In this document: positions 1 through 12,300 of the stretch, piece after piece | Layout: every line of letters begins with the position of its first letter | Numbering within the stretch: position 1 is the stretch's first letter | From: Octopus bimaculoides | Taxonomy: Eukaryota | Assembly: GCF_001194135.2 (NCBI RefSeq) | Contig: NC_068981.1 | Span: forward strand, 97,039,250-97,103,249 | Length of the DNA: 64,000 nt | Direction of reading: 5' to 3' | Position numbers and translations under genes: made by a program | Notes under the pieces: model-generated | Seen by the model: only the letters and a program-made list of their open reading frames with translations | Told to the model about the DNA's origin: nothing | Databases searched by the model: none

Positions 1-3000
1 AATCCACGTCTATTAAGAAACAACTTACAGCAAGATCTTTGCTAGCAAAGACTGTGCAAACATTATTGTGATAGTGATATAACAATTCAAGGCTTCTTTG
101 TTATTCAATTGTTCTTGAAGATCATGAATATTGACTATTTTCATCGTGGATCTGACACAAATTATCTGATCAAGATTTAATGGAAGAAAGTGAAGTGCCT
201 TTCATTGTTGTATGTCCAGCAATTGCAGCCTTCCTGCATTAGATTACTTGCTTAAAACAATAGCAGGAAAACATGTAGATGGCAAAATAATGAACTTTGC
301 ATGAAGAAATATACAAATATTGTACCAATAAGATAGTAATAAACCTGAAGTCTTTTTTGTGAATGACTTTGGGTCACTTGAGACTGGTCAATGCCATTAT
401 GGAAAGTGTGTCAGCAATACAAGAAAATGATGTTCTTGGATAACTTGCTTGACCCCTCAGTCTGAGAAATTTCTCCACAAACAACAAAGGTCAACATAAC
501 CGGAATAGTTAGGATTCTCTTGATTATTGTTGTGCTGAAAATGTTATTTTGATTTCTAATGAATTTAATCGTTATACGTACCTTTACATAAAAAAGAAAA
601 AAAATTCACCATCATCCATATCATTATATCCCTGTGTAACAAAAACATTAATTCCTTGAAGTGCTTTTCCTAACAAATGATTCAGGAAGAGCAATTATAA
701 TTTAATCTTGGAAGATATAAATTTAGAGAGGAAGGGTTTCATTGACTCAGGTACTTGTCTAGTTCTAATATTGATCACTGAGCATAATTTAAAAATTGCA
801 GCTCTACCATTTCTGTCACTCACCACCATTAAAAAAAAAAAACATTTATTGAAGCTGATGGTTTTTATCAGTGTAGGCATCTGACTATAGTTCTGATATT
901 AAGATTCAGAAAAAGTTTCACACTCAGTTTTTATTCATTCCATTGACACACCAAGAAATGGGACAGCTAAATAACCCTTGAACTTATTAAGACTGAAGAT
1001 GTCAGCAAAATATCTAGATTTTGTGGTGCATTTTAGAGCTACACTTCCATGGTATTAATACCTCTCTCAAGGTATTAACCATTGATAAATAGTAAAGACA
1101 TGTTGAAACTAGTCTGTTATTCATACACATTTTTAGAAATCATAACTGATAGAGAGAGAGAGAGAGAACAACAAGTGTAACATCAATAGCAACATAAAAG
1201 ATTCAACAAATCTCTAAGGAGCACAATTCCAGGTAAAATGTCTAATGAAAACTTAAACATACTATATACCAACGACACTGGCTGCCAAATGAAATCCAAA
1301 ATGTCTTGAGCAATAGCAAAACTTAACATTTCAATTTTATTTAAAGATATTTCATTATTGCTTACTCATTCAGAGATTCTTTTTTTTATACCAATTACGT
1401 CTACATTGAAAAAAAAAATGATTATGAATGGTGTTTGCAGTTATTAGAAGTTACTCAACGTAAAAAAAAAAAAAAAGCCCCAGGGCAAGTGTGAAGTGTA
1501 TGTTTTAAAATGCATTCAATTTTCTACTTCATTGCATCACTTTACTGAAGACCACATGCTCCTCACGTGACTTGGAGCTGTGACTCACAGAAGTGTGTGT
1601 GCGAAATGGATATAATTTATTCAAAACCATTTTGTAGCATTTAAAAAAAAGAATTAACCAGCCTCCACAGGCGATTTTGAAGGTTAAGTGGATTTAGAAC
1701 AAAACGGCATTCAAACTGAAGCAGCTCATTTGATGAAGAATATAAATCCAATTTTAAATGATTCACGAGAGAGCAAAACTTGCAGGACGTCCCAATTCTA
1801 ACAGGGATAAAAAAAAAAGAGTGACGAGGAAGGAAATAGAATTTGTTCCGAGTATTTATAACCGAATTTCGCTAAAAGCAACTAAGGACCAGGTGGTGTT
1901 CAAGAAGCCCCAACCACCTATAAACTGTACATCTCTGAAGGTTGCATTGATCGCTAGACATCGAAACATCTTAATGAATACCATTAAACTCAACGCCACA
2001 AATATTGACAGCAGAAAGCTTCCGATTCAGTTTTTACGCCTCCATTATAGGGTTTACTCAAAGATACAAGATAAGCACCCAATCGAAATGACAGAACACT
2101 TTCATATAAAACTCACTAACCTTAAACAGTTGAATTGAAATTTTCCCGAAATTGCTCACATCGTTGGTTGAGATTACATGAGAAAATATTTGAAAATACA
2201 GGTTTAATGAAATTTTTAAAAAATGGTTTTAACTGAAGAATCGTATTTGAATACTCTTTAAATTTATTATAACTGATGAAAATTTGGCTGCCACTAACTT
2301 ATTCAGCTTTGACAGAAGCAAAACTCAATCTTCAAACACCACGACTCGTTAACTTACTAAATATATTAAGATAAATCAATATTTCACAAGATAAATTACG
2401 AATTTATATAACAAATGCACTATATTACGTATTTATATATCAAATGCACTTAGCTCGACTAGAAAATTGTTAATGTGATTCAGAGGGGCATCTTGCAATA
2501 AATGATAGAAGAATAGTATAAATGCAAGAATATCATAGCCAAGTCACTACGAAAATACTCGATACCTAATATGCTGCAAGTAAATTTGATTACGTTTTAT
2601 TCTATCTGGAAAAATATCACAAAGTTGCCAATAACAGTGACGTTGCAAACACATCGGATTCTTCTGCCAAATATTCCAAAAATTTGTAAATTTTAAACAA
2701 AAAAATAAGGAAAACGAAGTTAAGCAAATAAGAAATGAAAAGAATACATAAATTATGGTTATGCTGGCAACAAACAGAATATTAGGTTACAAAAAAAAAA
2801 GCAAATGAAGAAAAAAAATTGTTTTCGACAAGCTTGGAATGACCTAAATCAGTTTTAGTAATTTAATAGAATATTCCGAAGCTGAATAAAACGTCTTTTG
2901 CATATAAACCTAAAACCCACAAAAAAGCATAATACTATCCAATCTATTTCAGAACAAAGAGCATTAAAGAAGGTCAAGGTTAAAAAAAAAAAACGACAGT

Positions 3001-4873
3001 ACATAATATAATCAAGCTAGCTGCACAACAGTTAACACTTTGTATTCTAGAGACATTATGGTCTCTATGGAAAGAAAAAAGAACAAAAAAGGATATTGTA
3101 TATCTTGACTTGTAGGCAAGAACGGCAAAACAAAAAAAATTGCAATCAAAGAAAATGTTTTCTCTGTTGGAAAACGAACTGAAGTTAAATTATTACTGGT
3201 AACTTTGAAATACAGAAGTAGAGCAGATATTCTTCGTTGCTAAATTGCAGGAACAAAGGAGGAGTGTGGTCGGTTTTAAAACATCGAATGGTGGCGCCCA
3301 GTTGCTGGTAGCGGGTGGGTGGGGGACAGCCAGGAGGGGCGATCGTGCGCTTCTCATATTAAAGCGGCACAGATTGTCTTGCGTCAACTCAGAAACAGCA
3401 ATCTCTTATTTCTCTACCTGTCAGACGCAATGATCATCAATGAGACAACGATGGCGACCTCAGACTTATTCATATCAAGCCAAAATGCATATACAGCCAT
3501 GAACTGATCTTAAAAAAAAAACAAACAAACAAAAAACTGTTCTACATCTGCCTTTTGTCAATTTTTTCCCTTCACAGGTTCGACAAGAAAGTGAAGAACA
3601 TTTGGTATCGAAATCCATTGGAAAAGCAACAAAATATATAAACAAAGGAAAAAAAAAGGTAAGGTCGCAAAAAAAAAAACAAAAACAAAAAACAAACAAA
3701 CAAAACAAATCCTATACACTTATGTATAAAAAAAATAATGAATGCTGTGTAGAAAACATATAAATTGTATATCGCACGGAGATGTCTAGAAGTATATTAG
3801 CCAAATGTCATAAGTAGAAAAACAGGCAGCTAGTTTATAGAAGAGGCCAAGAAAGGAGAACAAAATTAATCTAAATTCAGAATAGAAAATATATTACTAC
3901 CAAGGAGAACTGGAAAACATGAGATACATTTTATTATAAAACGCAGATCAGAAAGGATATAGGGAGAATATCCATTTAAGTGGAGAAACCATATCACACA
4001 TATATATATATCGGTAAAAAAGAGGGAGAAGCTAAGTGGCTGCTTGCTCTTTGAGAGTTGAATAGCTGAATACAGCAGCACAAAAACGAATATATGGAAC
4101 AATATTTTACAAAAGAATTATGTCGTAGCAGAGACAGCTGTAGAAAGAACTTCGCCTGTATTATCTTGACTTAAATATAATTGACATGATAGTAAAGCTA
4201 ACAGAAGGCAGAGATGCTTGTGGAATGAATGAATAGCATTGTAGTGGTTGTTAAACAGCGATTATTATTTAGGGTACAGAGAACATAGGACCAGAACCTT
4301 GTAGATACAATAATTACAACAGAATTAATGATTATTTTTTTTCTTAACTAAGTCTCTAAAAAAAGAAAACACGGAATCAATATAAAGAAAGAAATTCAAA
4401 ACCAAGTAAAAATTGTTGCTGAAATGTGAAATATTACAATTGAAAAGAAATACATTATTAATACAAGGCATCACAATCTTGGTAGAAGAAGAAAAAAATA
4501 ATAATAAAAGGTTAAAAATACATTTAAAAATGAGTAGTATGAACCCCCCACCCTAACTGATGCTACTGTTTGTGTAGCAAAGCATAGAATTAGAAGAGGA
4601 ACAAGGACTGATAAAGTAAATCAGATCTCTCCATATTGGCAGCAGTTGAGTTCACGGAAGGGGAAAGGGAGTGGAAATCACCGTCCCCTGCTCCGATGTC
4701 TTCCATATATATTTAACACTGGATACTATTCTCAGTTGATACGGATAAAGAATATAATAGTCCTCAGATGGAATTACTTTTGCCATGGCATTCTATAACC
4801 AAAATAAACACAGTTGAGATTTCTACAAAATAAAAATGAGGAAAAACACTGCCAGTCTATTTTACTACCCATC

Positions 4874-5017
4874 CAACATGGCAGCTAACGATCGCGCCGC
4901 ACGCGGTTGATTAGCATAATACAGACATACCATATATGGTAGTAGGAACCTGACGTCAGCAAGAGCAGCGGCGGCATGGCTGCTTATGAGATGAGGTAGG
5001 GAAGTGAAGCTATAAAT
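4874..5017 (+). promoter_or_regulatory. Motif cluster: YY1-like, CArG box, CRE, TATA
   Basis: CAACATGGCAGC 4874-4885; CCATATATGG 4930-4939; TGACGTCA 4951-4958; TATAAAT 5011-5017. Confidence 0.5.
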
Positions 5018-5156
5018 GCCACTTCACTATATTATATGAGACAAAGGAAATACCGCCCCATCGCCATATTATATAGTTCGCTCAGTTTATTGTTGCTGAC
5101 GTTACTGTATTTATATCGTATGGTAAGAATATAATTAGACACAAGTGATAATTTAC

Positions 5157-5379
5157 TTGCGTTACTGTCGTCTTCGGTATGTAGCTCTACTGAAATGGCA
5201 GCTTCTCTAAGTCGTTGAATTTCTTCTTGGTCTTCTTCATCACTACTACTACTGTTATTGCTGCAGCAGCTTGTGATAGAGTTGGTTTTCTTACTTGTAG
5301 ATGTCCAAATCATGGAATCTCTATTATGTTGTGTGTAGCTGCTACTTGCTGTGTTTGACCAGGTCTTACTTTCTGCCAT
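5157..5379 (-). CDS. C12orf43: First coding exon of a probable CUSTOS (C12orf43)-like gene; later exons not found in the window
   Basis: ATG at 5379 (ACGATGG); frame MAESKTW...SSSSDEEDQEEIQRLREAAISVELHTEDDSNA, then donor A|gtaaat (5156-5151). The SSSD-acidic-(R)xREAA signature recalls the CUSTOS N-terminus (SSSDAEELERCREAA, from memory). The assignment rests on one short motif. Confidence 0.6.
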
Positions 5380-6330
5380 CGTTCAATACTACTGTTGCAG
5401 CTTCCTCTCTAGTTTACACAATAAAAAAAAAAGAAGTTACAAAAAAAAAAAACCCCAAAACAAAACAACATCTTTTTTTTTCTTTCTCTCCTTTGTTAAT
5501 TTCTTCCCGCTTAAAAATACTTTCGGTACAACGAAACCCGACGGTAAGGCATTTTGGAATAAATTTAATGGAAAAAGAAAACTTTGACAAGGAAAAAGTA
5601 CATTACAATTTTTTTTTTGTGTGTATGATAATGAATTTTCAGATAAAAGAGTTGTTAGGAAGTAAAGTCGAGATTGGAACAGCGATTTATCTCTATAATT
5701 TGTATATTTTTGTTATGAATTACAGTAGTTTTCAGTGGTTTTCCTCCTTATATCACCTTGCCAATTTTCACCTGTGAATTAAAATTTTTTTTTGTCTGTT
5801 GTATTTTTCTCTTAATTTCATTTTATAATACTTTACTACTTCTATGTCAAGCGACTACCCTGATCACTTATAGTCAATACATTTCGTTTTTATTTTGTTT
5901 GGAAGGACTAATGATGCCTGTGTCACTAGGTTTAGTACTTCGCCATGGATGTCGACGTCCATGTTACACTCGAACATACACCACCTAACCCCCTCACACA
6001 CGTATATATATAAACCAGGGGAAGGCGTGGACAGCCTCCACTTAATTCATCTTGACTTCCCCCGATGCTAGTTTCGACTTAAAACCCACTTCGGATATGG
6101 ATTTCTGTTTATCAACCTAAACAGTTTACTTTAAACAAAAAGAGCCAACGGTAAACTGATAAAAGTATATATATATATATATATCCTAACTATTTATTTG
6201 GAATTTTATTTTAAAAAAATATTTTTATATTTTATTTCTTTAATAATTTATCCAATTCAGTTTTTGATTTTCCCCCACTTTTTCTTTTTTTTTCTTTCTG
6301 GCGGGTTAAAGAAGTTCCCTTTAACTCAAC
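5380..6330. promoter_or_regulatory. Bidirectional promoter / 5' UTR interval between divergent ATGs
   Basis: 951 bp between ATG(-) at 5379 and ATG(+) at 6331; CpG-containing core 5930-6100; TATATATATAAA at 6003-6014; imperfect palindrome 5944-5963. Confidence 0.7.
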
Positions 6331-6389
6331 ATGGCCTACAGCAGCCTGAGTCGAGCCCAGCTGAGTTTTGAATATCTACATACCAATTC
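6331..6389 (+). CDS. MORC2: MORC2-like exon 1 ([20 protein letters not shown])
   Basis: CAACATGG start context; 59 nt; donor TC|gtaagt. Confidence 0.95.
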
Positions 6390-9300
6390 GTAAGTATCCC
6401 ATCCTAGTTCGGAACACAGTTAATACAATGTAGATAAATACTCACTATATGCCCTACTTATAATATACATACACATCCAAGTAAAACAAGACGTTTTACA
6501 CATTCATTAACAGACCTTTTGAATGTGTTACGCGTGGTAAAAGCATTTTTTGATATTGTTGTACGTCGTCAAGTAAAGGTTTTACATAAGTCTCTCTTGT
6601 TCCTTCTCTCGTCAAAATTAAGCAAGGTACATGGCACAATTTGTTGTAGAATGGCTACGTATTTGCAATTTGTTACATATTGCAATCATTATACCAGAAC
6701 TATTTTCGACTTTAGCTTGCATATCATTTGCTGAATTTCTTGTCAGTTTTTTTTTTTTTTTAGAAAGCAAAATAATTATATTGCTTTGTTCAATTAATTT
6801 TATGGACAATACTTACGTATTAAAAAAGTAATCAAACGATTTGAATAATTTTATTGCTAGTTGTTTAAGACAGAAGCCAAGGTGTTTCGCCCAAGCTTCG
6901 TCTTCTTGCTGGCTGCGATGACGTCATCTGGCAGAACGAGAAACATGGCGATGCGCAATGAAAAATTGAAAACCGAATCAAGTCATTGTCGACCCACTGA
7001 TATTCTTTATCCATATTTTAATAAGATATTCTATCACAACGTTTTACAAACGAATTAATCACTACCTCACTAAAGATCTATATGCTTATAACAAGTGTAT
7101 TTAGGTCTTAGCTGATAATTTATTTTAATCGATTTTTTTCGTTTATCAGTTATTGACCTCAATAGTCTTGCTGCTTTATTTCTCTGACTTGTGCAACAAT
7201 CAATTAAACTCTAACTTTTAATATCTTTAGTTATATTTTCAGTGAATTATGATTGTTTCAAGGCTGTTAACCTTTCCCGTTCTCTTGAGTAAATTCTAGA
7301 CATAGCTCATTGTAATCATTTAATTTATTATCCTGGAACATGTTTTTGCCTTTTCTTGATCAGGTCCAAAGTGACATCATTCGAGATAGATGAAAACTAC
7401 AAAAACAAACTAGTTTTCTAACCCTCAGTGTTTCTTCTTAACCAGCAGAAATACAACTCTTATTGTCTTTCACAATAATCACAACGGAAAGTATATTTAG
7501 TTCGAAATAAGAAAACCAAAACTAAAAAGAAAAAAAAAGTCTTGTATTAAAATTTACGGACAAAAAATTTTTTGATGGGCAGTGTAAAATTAAAAAATTA
7601 ACTTGACGACGTTTTTATCTTCACGATAGAGAAAAAACAAAATCCATTAACATAATTGGAAAATCAGAAGAAATCTAGGTCATTGTACTGAACAATATTA
7701 CGTGTGTACGTATCTATATTAACCTGGGTTCCATGCATGTGTTAATTTGTATTTTATGTGTCAAAAGTAATGTTTTGTTGTAAGAATATAATGTTTTGAT
7801 GATTTGCCGAATTTATCGGTTGAAACTATTTCTATGAGCAATTGTGCAGTCAAGAATAGACCAACTAATTGTTTGCAAAGACATTGTCGTGACTAAATTC
7901 ACTGAATAGATTTCATATTTTGACAACGGGTTTATAATTTAATTTCTTTATCGGGCTTCTGTTCTTTGTTTGCATATCTGTATTCATGCATTTGAAATTA
8001 GGACATCATTGTGTTCCTACTGCAAGTTTTTTGTTTCTTGCATTGTCATCAAGGCGACTAGTTCCAATACTGAATGTATTTTGTATATTGTTCTCTTTCA
8101 TACATTCATATGCACAGCGTACACACGTAAATGCAAATGCACGCGCATATATACGAATCAAATGTTCCGTAACTGAGAATTTACTCTGTAGTCTGTTTAA
8201 CAAAAAAAAAAAAAAAAAGCTGGATAAGCACACATGCACGCCATTTGGGCGATTGTTCAACCGAATCTGGTTGAGATATGACTCGTACGATGTTCTTTTG
8301 GTTTGCAGCTTACATTTTAATCGTTTCCCGACCACTACCAGTGACTCTGCGGTTTCCTAGCTCGCCCATCTATTTGTAGAATCGATCTCGATGTTTTTGC
8401 GCCTCAAAATGAGTTAAGGGATTTACAGTCACTTAAACGATGGCGATTTGAGATGCCAAAATCTCTTTTTAGTCAATAGCATGTAGGCAAAGACTCATTT
8501 TAGACAATGGCGTTTAGAAAGCTCAGCAAACACCCAAATTAGGTAATGCTTCGGAAATTGGTCAAACACCCATTTGAGACAATGGCTGATTTGTAGTTAG
8601 GATAACACCCGTCTGAATGTTTTTGGAAGAGGGTAGTAACTCCACATGTAGGGACGGGCTGGTGTGATGCCTTTGTAGCAGGATACATAAGCATTCAATG
8701 TTTACAAATGAATCTTGTGAATTTGACTGATAAACTGGGTTGGCTTCATTTATTTGGTTATGCATATTTGGTCTCTTGTGGAATATGCCATGTTTCAAGT
8801 CCTTGTATACTTAGTTTAAAACAGTAGACAGTGAAAACAATCTATATTTGATGTGTTCAAAAATATTGTATTGGTGAAGCCTGCATTACTGTACAACTTG
8901 TTTCCCACCAATTTATTTGTATTATCAAATTCCTTTGTCCTTTAGACATTGAAATATGAAGTTACTTGTTTCTTGATCATAATACCTCTTCAGATAGAAA
9001 CCACAAAAGCACTCATGACTAAAAAAAAAAGTCGAACTTGAATCAACAACCAGATGGAAAATACAGTCAAATCTCTCTCAAGTTGTAACTTACTATCTCA
9101 AAAAGGAAATAGTACATTGAGCAATGAAATTCTAGATGCATAATGTCTGAAAAAAAAAACATGTGATGGCCATTGTAGACATGTTTTTAATCCTAGTCTG
9201 CTGAGTTTGCAATGACCTGAGGCTAAACAACAAATAGGAAAACAACTAATTGACAAGTAACACTTTTACCTATTGTCATTAACAAAGAATGACCAGCTAA

Positions 9301-12300
9301 AGTTGGCTCTTGTTTGGTTTTGTATTTAGTCAAGATTGCTTTTGTTAATATGGTGTGTTTTCTTATTAAAAGTTATATTGTCAAGAAATGAGTCTTCATA
9401 TTACAGTATTTAATAAAACCAGTGAGACCCATGTTGTACAGTTGTGCCTCAAAACCATTGCTGTCCAGAAAGAGAAAAATGGATGCCAGTGTAGTATGTG
9501 ATATACAGCTACTTAAATCTAGACTAGCTTGTGATCTACATTCAAAATTTTGTTATAAATTTGCAATTATAATTAGAGAAATGAGTTAAACATTTAAAAA
9601 ATAAAAGAAAACTTTTGCTGCATGGACCAATATCTCCATGTTCATTAAGGAGTTCATAGCGTTGGAGAAATTCTATTTCAGCTTCATCTCGAATGACCTG
9701 TGTGTAAAATTCTTTTGCCCTCATCACATCTTCTTTCAATGAGCTCAGGACTAAAAGTGTTTAAATCATAAAAAGTTTTTTTGGTTATATACCTAATCAA
9801 CCAGAAGTTGAGTACATAGATGAATTGTAAATGTAGATCAAAAAGTCTGTGTAGATCACAAACTATCCCATTTGAACTAATGTAGATCACAAGCTATACC
9901 AGAAAAATGTATTCTAAATATTTCAAGTTGTGGAAACTGTGTAACTCTCTCTCTCACCATTGTTAGATGCCACAACATATGTTGTGGCATCTAACAATGG
10001 TGAATAAAACTGAAACTGAACAAAACAAATGTTATATGTAATAGATATTTTTTTACTGCTTAGTTAAAAGGAATGGTCAGTGTCCATGACCTTTGTATGT
10101 CCAGCAAAACAAATGAGCTTGATAACAGCTAATATTCAATTTGGGCATCTATATGTCTGCCAGAAGGGAAATACATTCCTTCCTCTAGAGAGGACGGAAT
10201 AAATATAATTTTTAGTATAATAGTGGTAGATTAGATAGGAGATAGTAGACCTCTATGGGCTAGAGGTTGAAGTTTTGTTGGTGGCAAAGTGTTTGCCAAT
10301 TTGTTCGATGTGATCATGAATGTTAATGTGTATAGCAGCAGCAATGCTTTCACAAGATTGTTTCCTTGATGTGTCTCAGTGCTCTGAAGACAAACGTGTC
10401 ATGCCCTAGTTGCTGAATGTTTTCAAGATATCTTTTCATGGAACATTGTGGGTTTGATTGAGTTTTTGTGTTTACATGTGGATAATGCTTGTATACAGAA
10501 GATTAAGAAGTGAAGAGGAGTGTTTGCACAGGAGTAAGTGTTGTTAAAATTAACATCAAGTGGATTATTAATGTACATGATGAAGAGGGGGAAGGGCAAT
10601 AAAATTGAACTTTGGGGTATGCAAAAGTTGACAGTATGAATCAAAGATAGAGAGAACCTCATCACCACATATAATCTAACAAACTTCCAATCCAAGAGAT
10701 TGGAGACAAATTCCAGAAGACAGACAAGCTTTGTTTGAAAATTCTCATGCCAGACAAGGTCAAATGCTTTTAAACCACATTTTTGCTGAATTTTTTTCAA
10801 AGAAGTATCGCTAGTGAGTAACTGGTGTCTCAGCAGGTGACCTGTATGTTTTGGGGTACATAAAAATTGTAAAGCTTTAAAATAATTTTAGGATTCCTTG
10901 TGGTTATCAATTTTCAGTGATTTTTTTTTTAAGAGAGCACAGATGGCTCAAAAGATAGAGCCTAGCTGAGATATTGGCAGTTCATATACTGTCCTTGGCA
11001 CATTGTGTTTGTGACCAAGTCACTTATACTCCCTCAAATAGGTAAGTGCAACTAACTATAAATAGGTACCATAGAATCATCTTTTATCACCCATGTTCCA
11101 TACTGTCATGGGTTGGAAGGTTTGACTGGATCTGACAGGTCTAAGGATTGCCTCATGCTCCAATATTCCTGTAAACTTGCAAAATGTTTCATTAGCTTGT
11201 ACTCTATTCAGCTTCACCTGTGGGTATAGCAGCTAGAAGAGCATTGTATCCTGCAGTCAGGTGTCAATATCGATAGATGCATCTAGTTACGAAAAAAGTC
11301 CAGTAACTGATTGTTATCTGATATATGTACATGTATGTGTGTGACATAGAATAAAGTATAGCTATCTACACAAGTCTACAAATTATGAACTGAAATTATA
11401 GTCATAAATTTACAAACTGTGTGCCATATATTTATATATATACTTTTTATCTTGAACTATTGAACTCTGTAAATCTAAAAACCAAACCCTATTTATCACT
11501 GAGCATGCAAACCATGCATCACTCATCATAGTGAATATAGTTATGAATTCAAAATCCATGCATGAATTGCTACCACAAAGCTTCGAATTATAGAACTACA
11601 AACCATGCACCATTTATTACCATAAACCAAGCTGTGAGCAATTTATCATGCTGAGCCTACAAATTATGATAATATTTCGCTATGACTATTAGCTATGAAT
11701 AATTTATCTTTATGACCTACAGACAATGCACCAATCATTACCATGACCTACAAAGCACAAATTACCAGGAGTTAATAATCCATGCACTAATCATTACAAT
11801 GACTTACAAATCATGGACTAATCATCTCTAAGAATCTACAAGCAGTGCACTGATCATCATTATAAGCCAACAAACCATGCACCAATCATCACTATAAATC
11901 TACAAGCCATGCACCGATCATTGCCATTACTCTAAAAGCCATGTGTATCGACAAACCAACAAAGCATGCTTCAATCACCATGAGTGAATCATTGCTATGA
12001 ATATACAAACCATGCACCAATCATCACTTGATCCAATAAACCACAGACTATAACTCTACAAATCTTGCACTAATCAATGCCTTGAGCTAACAAACCATGT
12101 ACCAATCATTGCCATAAAATTTTCAAAGCATGTACCAGTCATCACCATGACTCTATAATTCACCATTCATAATCATGAACCAATAAATGAAGCATTTAGT
12201 CATCACCATGAGCCAATAAACCATGCACTGATCATCATCACGAGCCTGTGATTCAAGAACTTACAAGCCATCACCATGAACTAATGATCCATACACCATA

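Noticed and set aside
582-631. Exon-like 50-nt segment on the - strand (acag|...AAG|gtacgt) with DMDDGEF, recalling the CUSTOS EDDGF motif
   Set aside because: That frame stops within the segment (TAA), joining to exon 1 in phase 1 also gives an immediate stop, and it is mostly T-runs.
1758-2138. 126-aa ORF on the + strand
   Set aside because: TTG-type start, no recognisable domain or splice context, includes an A-run; consistent with a chance ORF.
5032-5156. C-terminal 41 aa of the 115-aa ORF
   Set aside because: Lies after a good donor (A|gtaaat) and loses the acidic/Ser-rich character; read as intron.
8562-8798. 78-aa ORF at the CpG boundary
   Set aside because: No recognisable family or splice signals.
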